Positions 1 through 13,019 of a stretch of DNA of 64,000 nucleotides are shown piece by piece (the first letter of the stretch is position 1; each line of letters begins with the position of its first letter). The position numbers and the translations under genes were made by a program. The notes below the pieces were generated by a model. That model was given only the letters and a program-made list of their open reading frames with translations. It was not told where the DNA came from and ran no database searches. The DNA comes from Callorhinchus milii. Its lineage: Eukaryota. The stretch lies in the NCBI RefSeq assembly GCF_018977255.1, contig NW_024704743.1:102364001-102428000 (forward strand), read 5' to 3'.

Positions 1-1331
1 GAATTCTGTCCGTTCAGGTTTTGTAAAGTCCAACATTCATTTATAGCTGTTACATTTGGTGCAAACATTCTCAAAGCTCATTTCCCTTATTAGAAGAACC
101 AAACATGCCTGCTTGGAAAGTACTTGGAATGAAGGGTATACTATTATGCTTTTTGTTGAAGTGGAAACTAAGAAATTATTGAAACGGCTTATTTAATAAA
201 GTCGCTGATAGGAAAACTGCTTCTTTGCAAGATGCCAGAACAGACATTCTACTAAAAAATTATTTTGCCTCATCTGTTGTTTATCGGTATCTTAGCTGTT
301 TCAATGGATGTGTTAGCACATGCTGAGATATGAACAGTAACAACAAGATTAACTCTCATTTAAAAAGCAGCTTGACGGTAAAGTGGGTCTTCTGGGTAAG
401 ATCAGGTGGGCCTTCTTCATCCGCACCAATCTTGTGATCTATGTGCTGGACTTGTGGAGTGAACTTGAATGTGCATCTCCTGGTTAATCAAAATGCTTCC
501 ATTGGAAATCTCAACTTCGCCCCAGAAAATTACAGGAAAAATATGTATTCAAAATGTCATGAAATTAACATTTCTTCAAGATATCCCTGCATGAATAACA
601 ACCCTTGAGAAGCTAATATTATTTAGAATAGGTTTATTTCCATTTATCAGGCTTTTATCACCGTCAACTGCATCAGGTAGCTCATCTTTTCTGTATGAAC
701 AGTGCCAGTCAGGATGGGCAGCCTTCATGGCAAGTGGCACAGGAGCTGTGGATATCAGTCGATGTGTCTTCTTGTAGCCCAGCAGAAGATATGATGGAAT
801 ACATAGTAACATTGTTACAGGAAGAAAGAAGATCACAGGAAACAAAGTTAAAGTACTTGAAGTGATCCCCTGCTGAGCTTTCATTCCTACATGGATTCAT
901 AAAGGACTTCATAATACTCTTTATACCGACTGTCTATGGAATGGGAAATGCATCTCCACCCCTGCAGTTAAACTTACATGAGGCTTTTATATCTGTGAAA
1001 TCTGATATGTCTATGCCAATAACTTTCTCTCTAGTCACTTCTAAGGGAATGTTGGTATGTGACAATTTGTTGGAGTCGTGAAACTATTGTAATTTTTCAT
1101 TGCCTAAAGCTGTGCTAGAAAGTGCCTTTTGTTGTTGTGTAGCTGTGTATTATCTTTCATTGTTGATACACATAAATCTCATGTGTTGCGTAATAATATT
1201 TCCCATGCTTTATGAACAAGTAATCAGACTTTATGTAATAGTTTACCTGTTATTTCTGAAAGCCAGCACTCAGAGATGCTATGCTATGTGAAGGGTGCTA
1301 TATAAATGCAAGTTGTTGTTAATTGTGGCAT

Positions 1332-1656
1332 AATAATAATATAATAATAATCCTTGCATTTTGATATAGCGCTTTTCACGTTGGGAGGACGTCCCAAAGC
1401 GCTTCACAGAATACACTGTAAAGTGAATTGACTGTATATTTGTGGGCGAACGTGGCAGTCAATTGCACACAGCAATGTCACACAAACAGTCGTAGATTGA
1501 AATTGACCAATTTATTATTGTTTTTGGTTTTTTGGAGGGATTATTATTAGGCGTGTGGAGTAAGGAAACTTGCCCAAGGTTTCGCCCTGCCTGGAATTGA
1601 ACTCAGGTCTCTCGCTTGCAAAGCGAGTGCTCTAACCACTGAGCTACAGGACTCCA
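1332..1656 (-). mobile_element. Young tRNA(Ala)-headed, Deu-domain SINE with L2-derived tail
   Basis: Reverse complement starts TGGAGTCCTGTAGCTCAGTGGTTAGAGCACTCGCTTTGCAAGCGAGAGACCTGAGTTCAATTCC (A/B boxes, anticodon-like stem CTCGC-TTTGCAA-GCGAG). Deu-like core, L2-like tail, (ATT)n end. Flanked by TTGTGGCAT at 1323-1331 and 1659-1667. Confidence 0.92.
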
Positions 1657-1714
1657 CTTTGTGGCATGTGGTGGGAAGCAACTGTTGTGTGCTTTTGGAT
1701 CTTCAACCAACAGT

Positions 1715-1918
1715 CCCTTTGCCTCTCTCCCTTCCTTGCCTCCTTCAAGGCACATCTCTAGACCCTCCTCTTTGACTACGCCTTTCGCCACTCTCGTACC
1801 CTCCCTGCCCTCCACTCTTCCTAATACCAACTTCCTGCTTGAGTCCAAATCTCTGACTCTCCAGCACTTTGGGATGCCCACCCAACGTGAAAGGCACGAC
1901 ACAAATTTAATTTGTTGT
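1715..1918 (+). mobile_element. Old L2 LINE 3' fragment
   Basis: Similar to the ORF end and tail of the 17.3-kb L2 (TCCTTCAAGG...CTCTTTGAC...CACTTTGGGATGCCCACCCAACGTGAAAGGC...TTGTTG). Confidence 0.75.
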
Positions 1919-2225
1919 GCCTATCTATGCAATATAGCCTGTAATTACCCCCATCAAACTGTGTGTGTAAAGATTGAGACTTCAATGACATTTTGTGTTT
2001 TTTGGATAAACACTAACATATGTGGCAGGAGTTTGGCAACTCAGGATATAGCATAGAGGCATGTTGCATGCACATCATTAAAATAACATACTGGTTCCAT
2101 CAACAAATATGAGTTAGAAACATAAAAACAGGCCTTTAAGCCCCTCAAACCTGTTCCACCATCCTCTAAGATGATTGGTGATCTATACCTCAATCCAATT
2201 ACCCACCCTTGCTCCATATCCTGTA

Positions 2226-2620
2226 TGGAGTCCCTTAGATAAGTGGTGAGAGCACTCACCTCACAAGCGAAAGTTCTGGGTTTCATTTCTAGCAGGGTGA
2301 AATGTTAGGCAAGTTTCGTTACTCCACATGGCTCTGTTTAAACAGTAGTAAGTAGGAACCTGGTTGTTAGTCGATTGGCGGGTCGCTTTTCCGGGAGTGA
2401 TAATTCCTTCAAAAAAATAAAATAAAATAAATTAGTCTCTCAATCCACGACTGTTTGTGGGACACTGCTGTGCAAAATTGTCTGCCGTGTTTCGCCCCAA
2501 AAATATACAGTCAATTCACTTTACAATACATTCTGTGAAACGCTTTGAGACATTTCAAAGATGTAATAAAGCATTATATAATAATAATCCTTGCATTGAT
2601 ATAGCGCTTTTCACGTCTTC
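2226..2620 (+). mobile_element. tRNA/Deu SINE copy followed by an inverted SINE tail fragment (about 2581-2620)
   Basis: TGGAGTCC head, Deu core, tail. Then ATAATAATCCTTGCATTGATATAGCGCTTTTCACGTC in the opposite orientation. Confidence 0.8.
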
Positions 2621-5041
2621 TCACTTGCGTGAAGTCTGAGTTACAGGTAAACTCCAGAAGTTATATAAAATCCAGCCTTCAATCTACATTGCGCATGTGT
2701 AATTCAGTTCAAAGTTTGCATGTGGCAGTTCGTCATCACTGCAGCCAGTAAGTGCGCATGCAGTGATGGGTCAAGATTACGTTTCCCACGATTCAATGTG
2801 TCTTGACCAGTCACCGCATGCACGCTTGCCTTCAAGCTATGGAATCGTATTGAATCGAGGGAAATTAAGTTCTTTTGAGCATATGCTGACGTCAAGACTA
2901 TATTTTCTGCAATTCAATGCAGCTGGTAAGTACAAGAGTATTGGCGGAATGGGGTTATGAGTTAGGAAATGATTAATGTAACTAATGCAAAGAAACCTAA
3001 GTGGTTTTGATAGGAAACTGAATGGGACTCGGTTGCAGGTATGACTACTTGGTTATCGCAAGCTCCCAAATTGTCTGACCTCAATGGATTCTGACTGCCT
3101 TGATATGCATTCTTGATTTTGACATTTAGTAAACAAATTAACCAAAGGTAAGAAGTAATGAGGTGTCTGGTGAGGCCTCCGTATTCTCAGTGTTTGAACC
3201 ACAGCTTTGAATTCCAGCCCAGCTATGAAGGATGCATAACCGCGAGTCTCATCAGGATTCAGAGCATTGTTACCCTTTTCACTCTGTGCCTTGTCTACTC
3301 GTTCATTTTCCTTTGCTCTTTGCCAGTGCTTACTATCTGCACATGGCCTTCGTGACGCATGGTCAGCATTTTTATCTGATTCACAATGTGTTGCAAGATG
3401 TCAAAGTTTCCTAAAATTGATATGCAGCTAGTAATTTTCCATTTTCAGATTTTTAAAGATAATTTTAACCATTTGTTTAAAAAAAAAGAAAATTATTTGG
3501 TCACTCAATCCATGACTTTTTGTGGGACATTGGCTGGTGCAATTGGCTGGTGCATGTCACCCTCAAAATTATAGTCAATTCACTTTACAATATATTCTGT
3601 GAACCGCTTTGAGATGTCTTGAAGATGTGATGAGGTGCTCTATCGAATGCAAGGATTATTATTATTATGAACTATCCAACAACAGCAACATTAGTTTGCA
3701 CTTATATAGTGCCTTAAACACTGAGATAATGTCTTAGAATTAGATGATTGGAGAGAGTGGGTGATGAAATGGGATTGCGGAGGTCACAGATGCAGGTTAT
3801 GGAGGTATTTGAGAATAAGGACAGCTGGGGCATGGGGAGCCAGTGAGAGAGAATGAAACGATTGGGTCATAGAATCTAGTGTGGCAGAGTCGGGAGAAAT
3901 TACATATATAATTTGCTGATTTGGAATTAAAAGTTAATTGTTTATTTGAACAAGGAGCTGTTGTGATTGCTGATATATTTCCATCATTACAGCATTTACA
4001 GAAGCTTTCTATCCATTTTTTGATATGTTTTGGCAAAACAAATTTCTTGGCACCCAATTTACATAGCGCTCTGAATTTAAAGTCACTCGATCCCTCAACC
4101 TTCTGGCTCAGAGGCACGGGTGCTACCAATTGAGCCAGATTGAAACCTAAAAGTTGTACTGTATAATAAACCAATATCATATAGCAGCAAAAAAAACATT
4201 CAGGGAAACAAATGCTGGTTTATTATGGGTGTGGCTATGTACAGCCATTATATATATTACTGTGCTCAAGTGTTATGGATTTGGCACTGAAGACAAGAGT
4301 GACAGCTTCAGCCCATGGGCTCTGTCAATGCAGACTGTAAGAACAGAATAGTGTTACCTCACAACAAAGACATAATGGCACAGATACATCTACGGGATAC
4401 CTTCTTTTCCACCAGCCAATAATCAGCTAGCATTCATTCTTGAAACGTCTTGCCCACTGGGATAGCATTTGCAAATATTGAAATCACAAGAACTGGCAAC
4501 CACATCCACAATCACAAGATGACTCTATCAGGAAAATATATTCCTTGTACTACTGAATGGAAACTTTTCCTGCTGACAGACATCTCCATTTGGAGATGAT
4601 GTGCAAGCAAGTGACAGCAACCAGTGAGTAATAGCAAAGAAGCCCTATCCTATCTTGCATTTGCTGCTGAACACATTAGGAGGGTGGGGTGATGCAATGG
4701 ATTACTAAGCAATGCACTATTGATTTGAGTGATGATTGACTAACCTCAGATTTGCTCTGAATTCTTCTGAAACAACAACTTGCCTTTATATAGGGTTCTT
4801 CTTGAAAAGTAGTGTTTAGAGCGCTTAACAATAAATCGATTTCTGACACTAAATCGTTTGTGGGAGTACAATATTCCAAATCAGCTGCTGAAAAACAAGC
4901 TAACTGTTGATGTATGTGCCTTTTATGTCTATTCTGTGAACATAACCTTGTTCTCACTTTCTACATTGGCAGGGCTTGTGGCCTGAAGCTGTCACTCATA
5001 CCTTCAGTGTCAAATATCACATATGTCTACATCTGCTCGAT

Positions 5042-5395
5042 GTCAGCCTGGCTCAGTTGGTAGTACTCACATCTCAGTCAGAAGGTTGGGGGTTCAAGCC
5101 TCCTGTCAGATTGTGAGCTCGCAGTTTAGTGCTAGCACAGCGATAGATTTTCTGAGGTGCTGTCCTTCATTTTTTATTAAAACATTATTATTATTGAAAA
5201 ATAAATAATAATAATTTGGTCACTCAATCCACGACTGTTTGTGGGACACTGCTATGCACGAATTGGCTGCTGAATTTTGCTCATAAAATACGGTCAATTC
5301 ACTTTAGAGTATATTCTGTGAAGCGCTTTGAGACATCGCAATGACGTGATAAGGCACTATAACAAATGCAAGAATTATTATTATTGTTATTGTTA
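5042..5395 (+). mobile_element. Deu-domain SINE (older GTCAGCCTGGCTCAGTTGGTAG head, L2-type tail)
   Basis: tRNA-like head, Deu core TGTTTGTGGGACACTGCTATGCACGAATTGGCTGC, tail TGTGAAGCGCTTTGAGAC...AATGCAAGAATTATT. Confidence 0.75.
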
Positions 5396-6469
5396 TTTTC
5401 AAGCAATGAAGCAGAAAATGTGGACGTAGCAATGCCCTACCAAAGGCCAAGAAGTGAATGATCAATTTAACTGGAGGAATGGCCAGGACACTGTTATGGG
5501 TTCTAATGCCCTATCTGAAGGACGGCACCTTGAGCAATGCAGTGCTCCCCCGGCACTGCACTGGAGCATCAGCTAGTACCATGTGTTTAAAACCCTGACT
5601 TGGAACTTGAACCCACAATCTTCAGACCCAGAAGTAAGAGTGCTGGCAATTGAGCTAAATTTCCACAAGCTGATATGAATACGGTATGAATAAAATATGG
5701 ATTTTCAAGATAGGCTGCGAGATAAAATTTTACAGAAACATTAGGATAAGTATATATGGGATTAAAGTGTATAATAAATGCAGTGCATTTATTATACACT
5801 TTAATGCATTTAATACATTCACTTCAGTGTAAATATCTCTAACCATTTTCAAATACATAGCCTAAAGGCACTGTCAAGGCAATCAGGTATGAATCTATCT
5901 GTTAACTATGATCATGTTTAGTTATTACTTTAATCATTACCATTCCTTTTCCTTATTTTCATAAAATTGCCTGCAGGCTCATATACCCAACTGAGGTAAG
6001 CGTGATTCTGATTATTTTCTCTGGCTGGGTTATATGCACAATTCTTTGGGAGTTGTCTCTTTTATTGGATAAGTGGGAAATTAGCCTTTGGAGTTTTGCA
6101 AGCAACAAAAATCTGGAGGTCGCCAATCGAGTTGTGTTGATGGTGACTTCAGAGCTATGACCCACGAAACATGCTGAAAAGCCTGTTTCACAAATATTAC
6201 TATGCTATTGTTGTGGAAGAAGTACTGGCAGTCAACATATTTAAAAAGAAACATGATGCATACATGAGGAAAAAGTTGCAACAGGGATTAGCAGGAGTGA
6301 GCTCTTGCGGAGTATAAACACCGACACAGACTAATTGGACTGCATGTCGTGTTTCTATGAATTACAAACACTATATTGCAATTCTGTGACCAGGAGGCCA
6401 ACACTATTTGGCACAGGCATCCACCTATTCTCAATTTGCATGACAAAAGAAACCTGAGGGAGTACCACA

Positions 6470-7690
6470 AACAAACCATCTGGTGAAGACAGCAATTGTT
6501 CGGCACATTTTTCTGCCTAGTACAATAAGGCTCTCACTGCATTAAAATCAACGATTGAGTGCACCTGAGTACACTGTTGCTGTACTGTTGCTTGAGTACA
6601 CTGAATCTTTGATCTGTGACAAAGTACATATTGTATGCCTGGCTGGGCCTGTTGTTCTGCTTTGAACTTTGCTTTGTTCTTCTAAGCCATGTACAAAGGA
6701 ATTGGAAGCCACTTTTCAGTTGTAACTTCAACCTTCCACCAACCTGTTTATCAGTCATTCTGTTGCTGTGCTCTTTTGCAATAGTCAGAAATGAGTGACA
6801 GCGACAGAGACAGAGAATGAATGAGTCGTGCATAGATTCTGGTTTTGCCCATTCACATGTTAGATCCTTCACTGTGCATCACAGACCATCTGAACTTTGA
6901 TTAAATGGAAAACTCTGCGGTCGATGAATGCTATGCGATTGACTGTGGATATACTTATCTCTATGAATGTAATCAATGCCATAAAAGACTTTGGGTAATA
7001 CAGTCCTGAGGCAAGTGAAGACCCCATCTTGCCTTGTAGTCAGAAAAAGGTTCTAGGGAAGTAAAGTGCAACTCCTGCACGTCACAAATTCTCAATTCTA
7101 TCAATCTCAATAAGTTTGAACCATATATTCAAAGGTAATGTCTCCACATAGAACCATGAGACTTTGGCTCAAACGAGAGTTTGGCTCAAGCTGAGGTCTT
7201 GTGTGTGGCATGACATGCATTGATTTTGCTGCGCAAGATGCTCTTTACATTGTGAGATAGGCAGGCACCAGAAATGCTGCCTCTTTCTTGAGGAGCTCTT
7301 TTTCACCTCCACAATCGCTCCAGCTGTCCTGCATTTGCTCTTTGGAATTTGGTGACTGTATGATCCTTCTAGAATAAAGCATCTGTCAGTTCTCCTATGC
7401 AAATTAGTCTTGCACTTTATCAAATAGCCGATGAAAGCATTTCATTAGACCGAGTCAGCAGAAAGACATTTTGCAGCAGTTGTGATACTTGCAGCAATGA
7501 TAGTCACTGAAGAGATTTTCAATTCATCTGTTGCCATTTGGCACAGTTCAGTAATTGCCAACCTGGAAAGCCACAATTTGTTTGGACACTGCTCTCTCTC
7601 GTCAGAGGATGCGAGTAGATTTCCCACAGATTATATCTTTCTCCAAGACTCCAACGTCTGTGTGACTGAATCTTTCGTCCTGATCGTTAT
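6470..7690 (-). pseudogene. Degraded PIF/Harbinger transposase (HARBI1-like) remnant
   Basis: Manual minus-strand translation gives these motifs in order, with stops and frameshifts: EQCPNKLWLSRLAITELCQM, CIGELTDALF, FIDRRVFHLIKVQMVCDA, PESMHDSFIL, CCLH. They match the Harbinger pattern C(I)xEVTDALF / NRKGFHSLNVQxVCD / PGSxHDxxIL / CCxLHN. Confidence 0.7.
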
Positions 7691-8251
7691 CTGAAAAATA
7701 ATGGCAGCCATAATGAGAGAAACATGACATGTTGCTTTGGACTTGCTAGCTCTGACCTCAGGTCTATCCTGCTAACATTACCTCTGAGATGGGTTTATAC
7801 CACAGACTTTGTAAGTAAACAGAACATTCAAGGCCCAAGAGTAAAATCCATCTTGTCATGAATACGGGTCACTGCCGGTTAGTGAATTTTAACCCCAAAT
7901 ATTCCAACTCTGGGCTTTTGTTCTGATAGAATGATCCTCACACTCGATATAGGAAATATCAAGCAAATATCCTTCGCAGAATGTATTTTAAAGTGTGGTG
8001 ATAGTATTTATAGATGAATACAACAGACACACAAATTGTCTCACAAGGAGCCACAAAATGAACCATCAATTTCATTGGGGGAGTTCTTGGCCAGCACAGT
8101 TGGAGAAACTTCATTCTCATGATGAATACAGCCATGGAATCTTTATGTCCACTTGAGAAAGTAGACCTTACTTAATGCTTCATCTGCAGGCCAGAACCTC
8201 CAACAATGCAGTTCTCACTCAGCTCAGCTCTGACTGCAAAAGTCCCCAAAA

Positions 8252-8830
8252 GTCGCTGAAACTCTGGTCCATGCGTTTGTCACCTCTCGGCTGGACTACT
8301 CTTAAAGCCCTCTTTGCCGGTCTCCCATCCACTACCATCCATAAAATCCAAATCATTCAAAACTCTGCCGCCCGCATTCTCAACCGCACCAAACTCCATT
8401 CCCCGATCACCCCAGTCCTTGCCATACTGCACTGGCTGCCTATCCCAGAGAGGATTGACTTCAAGTTCCTCACCTTTGTATTCAAGTCTCTGCACTCCTC
8501 TACCTCTCTGACCTCCTCTCTCGTCAAAACAGTACCTTTTGCCTTCGTTCCTCCAGGTCTGGCCTCCTCCTCGTCCCCCAAGTCCTCCGTTCCACCCTCG
8601 GCGGCTGTGCCTTCAGCCACTATGCCCCGAGGCTGTGGAACTGCCTTCCTCACTCCCTTTGTCTCATTCCCTCCCTTCCCATTTTCAGGTCTCCCTGAAC
8701 ACCTTTCTTTTCGACTGCACCTTTGGTCACCTTCCCCCCCTTCCCCTGGCTCGGCCTCGGGATCCATTACTGTAAAGCGCTCTGAGACGCATGGAGGACG
8801 CTATATAAATCCAAGTTGTTGTTGTTGTTT
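8252..8830 (+). mobile_element. 5'-truncated L2 LINE (subfamily B tail)
   Basis: Encodes KIQIIQNSAARILNRTKLHSPITPVLAILHWLPIPERIDFK. Ends AAGCGCTCTGAGACGC...CTATATAAATCCAAG(TTG)n. Confidence 0.9.
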
Positions 8831-11800
8831 ATTTGAATCTTTTAAGGTTTAAGCAGTCAGATACTGTTTTTAAATAATGGTCATCATTATTCACTGAAGC
8901 GTACATTTTTATAATGTGCTGGCTTTCCTCTAACAGCATTGAATTCACAATTGCTGTGAATAAAGGCCCATCTCACACAAAGAATGTATAACATTGATCT
9001 ATTGCAATCATTACTTTTACCCTTTTATTTCTGCAATTTACTTTTTTGAAGATCAGTGGCATTTACACATGACATTATCTATTACATGATGAAAGTGTTG
9101 CCACTGTAGATGGTGAAAGTCTGTGAAAGTTACTGAGTAATAACTTGGTGAATGCAATGTTTACTAAAAGCAGCAAGAAAGCAAATTGATTAAAGTTGCG
9201 ACATTAATATTGTTACAAGAAGTATGCGATCCATCAAACTACTGAAAAATAATTATATTCTTACCTTCACAGTTTCAACTGAAACATTCCATAATTATTT
9301 AGAAGAGCCAGTGGAAAGGTCAGTGTAGTTCAGTTCTGATACTGAAACAATTTGGGAAATACATAACATCCCTATTCATAGGACCCGTCATATGTTTATT
9401 AAGGCTATTCTGTCTAACCACTGAATACTGTTAAATCACCTCAAGTGATCCATGCTGTGCTATGTTCTGTGCCTTTGTTTTATGTCTGAAATATAATCTC
9501 AAGTTAGACCATGTTTATTTCATCCTGTCTTGGAAATATTCTCATTTTATTTTTCAAGCAAGGAATCAAACTGCGTCTGTCATTTCAGATCTGCACTTAG
9601 GCTTTCGGTGTCTGGCACTTTATGGGAATGTAATTTAACATTTCAAAGATGCGTTGCACTCTGAATATCTCTGACAGGCCCCTACAAAATTTAACATATT
9701 GGGAAATAATAGAAAAATAAGTAAATAAAAGCAAAACATTGAAAATCCATAACAAGGAGACAAGTATTTGAAAGACAAAAATAGATTACCCTTTCTATAG
9801 GGTAGATGAGGAGAAAGTCCGAAAAATAAAGGCCTCCAATGCCCTGGAACCTAGTTTGTGGACATTACCATTAAGAATAACATTAAGGGAAGACTGGTAC
9901 CCACCTCCAGCATTGCATTGGTGAAAATATTGAAGTGTATCATAATATCAACCCCATTGTGAAACAGTGAATGGGAGCTGTAGGAAATAGCCAATACAAT
10001 CAGTATAGTACAGCTGAGTAAAAATATAGGGAAAGATGAAAACATAAAACCTTTTTCTTTTTACTGAGCTGTATGTGATGTTCATATTTTCTTAATGCCT
10101 TATGCCCTTTTGCTTTTTCCATTAACATAATTTCACAGGCTATTAATGACCTCTTAGATGTCTCTTGATGCATTCATTTTCTTATTTCTCCCTAATGTAT
10201 TTATTTCTTCACGTCCCCTCTACAATTCACCAGTTCTGAGAAGAATTGCTCCTCAATGTTAACCCACCTTTTTCAGAAAAGGATTTACTTATTGGGTGTT
10301 ATCAGCAAGATCCAAAATATTCTGTGTTAATTTCTATAGGCATACGCTCAATTACAGAATTAAATTTTAGATTCATGTCTTCCAGACATTCCCGATCTAT
10401 TTTAAAAAGCAAGCTCATTTTTTCTTTCATTTAATTTTCATCTTCACTGTAAGGAATCCGAAGTACTTATTTTACAATAAGACAACATTAACACCTGAAA
10501 TCCTATTCTCTGCTAGGACAGCTTGCTTGGTATAAAGGTCCTTGTATTACTTAGTAGCAATATTCAGACAACTGTTCCAATAAATTGGCACTAACTTATT
10601 TTGAGATATTTCCAACAGAAGGATAATGGGTTCCCAAACCTGCTGCTGCATTTTCCATATGGAAGAACAAATGGCCAAACAAATTATTTTCCACTAGATG
10701 GCACAAGAACACCAGATATAAGCCAACAGTTGCTATTATTTACCTTTCTGTTCACCAATTTATTCTCACTTACTCACTTACTCTCCTTCCCCTCTCCTAG
10801 TTGTTGTTGAGGGAGTGTAGCTTCACAGCCACTGACAGTCCTCTGCTACCTCACCCAGTGGACATTCTTCCCATGAGATGTGAGAATCTGATGAGTGTCA
10901 GCAAGCTATTCAACAGTGGAGAGAGACAGATTATGTCCTCACTCAACATTACTATATATTAGTGGTAGTAGTTTTAGGCCACACTGTAAGGCAGAAATAT
11001 AAAATTCCACTGCCCCCAATCAAGCTTTTTCTGACTAGTAGTCTTAAAAATCTTTTGTAAGGCTCAATGTTATATTGGCTGCACCTTTAGGAACTCAGCC
11101 AAAAGGAAGTCAGGCTTTTACTTTTTCACCTGAATTATTTATCTAATTGAATTACTTTCTGATTGGCCTCAAATTGTAGGGTTACTTAAATCTATGACCC
11201 TGGGGTGAAGTATGAACTGACACAAACTCTCAATTTGCTTCAATTAGTAAAGTTTTAATAAATATTATCAAGATTATACACAGCAAGGATATACGTTTTG
11301 TATAATCAAATTAATGCTTACAACAGATTAGTACAGTTCACTGCAATGAGTTGATCGAAGCAATACAGTGGCTTTGATTGATGAATTAGCGTGTTAACTT
11401 GGTATATCTATCAATGTTGATTGTAGTATATCCCCCTTTCCTCAAGATTGGATATGTTTAGCTACTCTGTTCCCAAAACTCAGCTCTTCCGATTCAACCC
11501 AAAAATCTCTGGTTCTTTATACCTCTTTGGTCATGTACACCAGTCTGTTCAATGTGTTGTTCGAGACGCCAACTGCAAAGCAATGACAAACTTTATTTTC
11601 ATGTTGAAGAAAACGTTTCTTTGTTCTTGCATTTGTCTTTGACCATCATCCATTTGAGTATATAGTCAGCCTTTATGAAGTAAACAAGTCCATGAGTCTT
11701 TGCAAAAATCTTTGGTCAAGTTAAGAAACCCAGAATTCTGGGATTGCTTACATTGCCTCATCTAGTGGGTCAAGCTAACAGCATCATCAAATCTTCACGT

Positions 11801-11900
11801 CTCCCTTTCACCTCAGCCACCACTTAAATCCTTTCAATTCATTTTAGTATTTGTATGAGCTTCAAATTATAGACATTTAGGGGCACTCTGACTGCTGTAT

Positions 11901-12040
11901 TTCATAGATTCATAGAATTATATAGCACAGAAGGAGGTCATTTGGCCCATGATGTAGTGCCAGCTCTTTGAAAAGAGCTATCCAATTCAATCCCACTCCC
12001 CCGCCTCTCTCCCCATAGCCCTGCAACCTTGTCCTCCCCA
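11901..12040 (-). mobile_element. CR1-type LINE 3' fragment inside the LTR element
   Basis: TTCATAGATTCATAGAATT...CACAGAAGGAGG.CATTTGGCCCAT, the same terminus as the CR1 at 50226. Confidence 0.75.
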
Positions 12041-13019
12041 ATGTATTCTCAAAGTTTTGAAAAACAAATGGTTTTACTTTTAATTTTGTTACTAATACAC
12101 AAAATTCAGCCTTAAAATCAAGTTTGCCAGTAGCTAAGGAACATAAACTGACAAAAAAAACTTGGGAGTTGCAGCCCTCTGCATCCCTATCTCAACCAGC
12201 CAGTGACCTTGAGCAGGCTGTTCAGCAGAGAGAGAGAGAAATTTTGAAGTTGTTCTGCAGTCTGTGTGTTGTTCAGCCTTGAGAAAGGAGAAAATTATGG
12301 AGAGTTCCCAGGTATGGGGGGGGGTCACAAACGACCATGTCTCTCCCCCACTTCCAGTAATTATTTTGCACGGGCATTGGCTTCACAATTTTTGGAGTGA
12401 AAGGTGGCAAACTTGAAACAACTGGTTACCAACAGAGGAAGGTTGGGGTTGGACTGAGGATAAAGAGCAAATAGAGTTCGAGTGTGGGGGAGAGATGCTA
12501 ATAGCTGAGTGCAATGTGCAGAAATGAAAAATACAAAAAAATGCTCCAATTCGAGGAGAGGACACACACACACACATACACCAAACCCTTGGGGATGTTT
12601 ATGGCTTGTCGTGGATGTAAACGCTGGAACCTTTAAATGAGTTAAGGGAACAAGGAAGGTGAGGGTATTCATGACAGTCATTGTTAATAAAAGCTTTTCA
12701 GCACAAAGCTGCGACAATTTTCCCAATAGGCATTATAATCGGTCTTTAAAATGCCTGTCTTTTTTGTTGTTATCAGGTTCACATTGAATCTCATTCTCTT
12801 GTTTTTTTTACGGCGGAATTAAACCATCCAGCCCTCTCGCTTTTTCAATATATCACACATTCTCTGCTGCATAGCCTTGCTTTCTTTCCCTATCTTTTAC
12901 CTTGCTATTACCCAGTACATATGAAACATGGATAGGAACTGACTTGTACTCCCTTCCAAAGCCAGACCTAACACCGTTCAGTACTCTAAATTGAACAGAA
13001 ATCATCCCATTCGGTACCA

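Noticed and set aside
576..884. 102-codon ORF with a hydrophobic stretch
   Set aside because: No recognisable family, splice structure or partner exons.
4784..4887. Minus-strand exon candidate ADLEYCTPTNDLVSEIDLLLSALNTTFQEEPYIK
   Set aside because: Needs a GC donor, the peptide is not recognised, and there are no supporting exons.
5977..5995. 19-nt plus-strand microexon with good splice signals
   Set aside because: Not frame-preserving and no other plus-strand exons were identified, so plausibly chance.
11444..12700. env or pol remnant in the LTR element
   Set aside because: Partial manual translation and the ORF track gave no RT, integrase, furin-site or transmembrane pattern.
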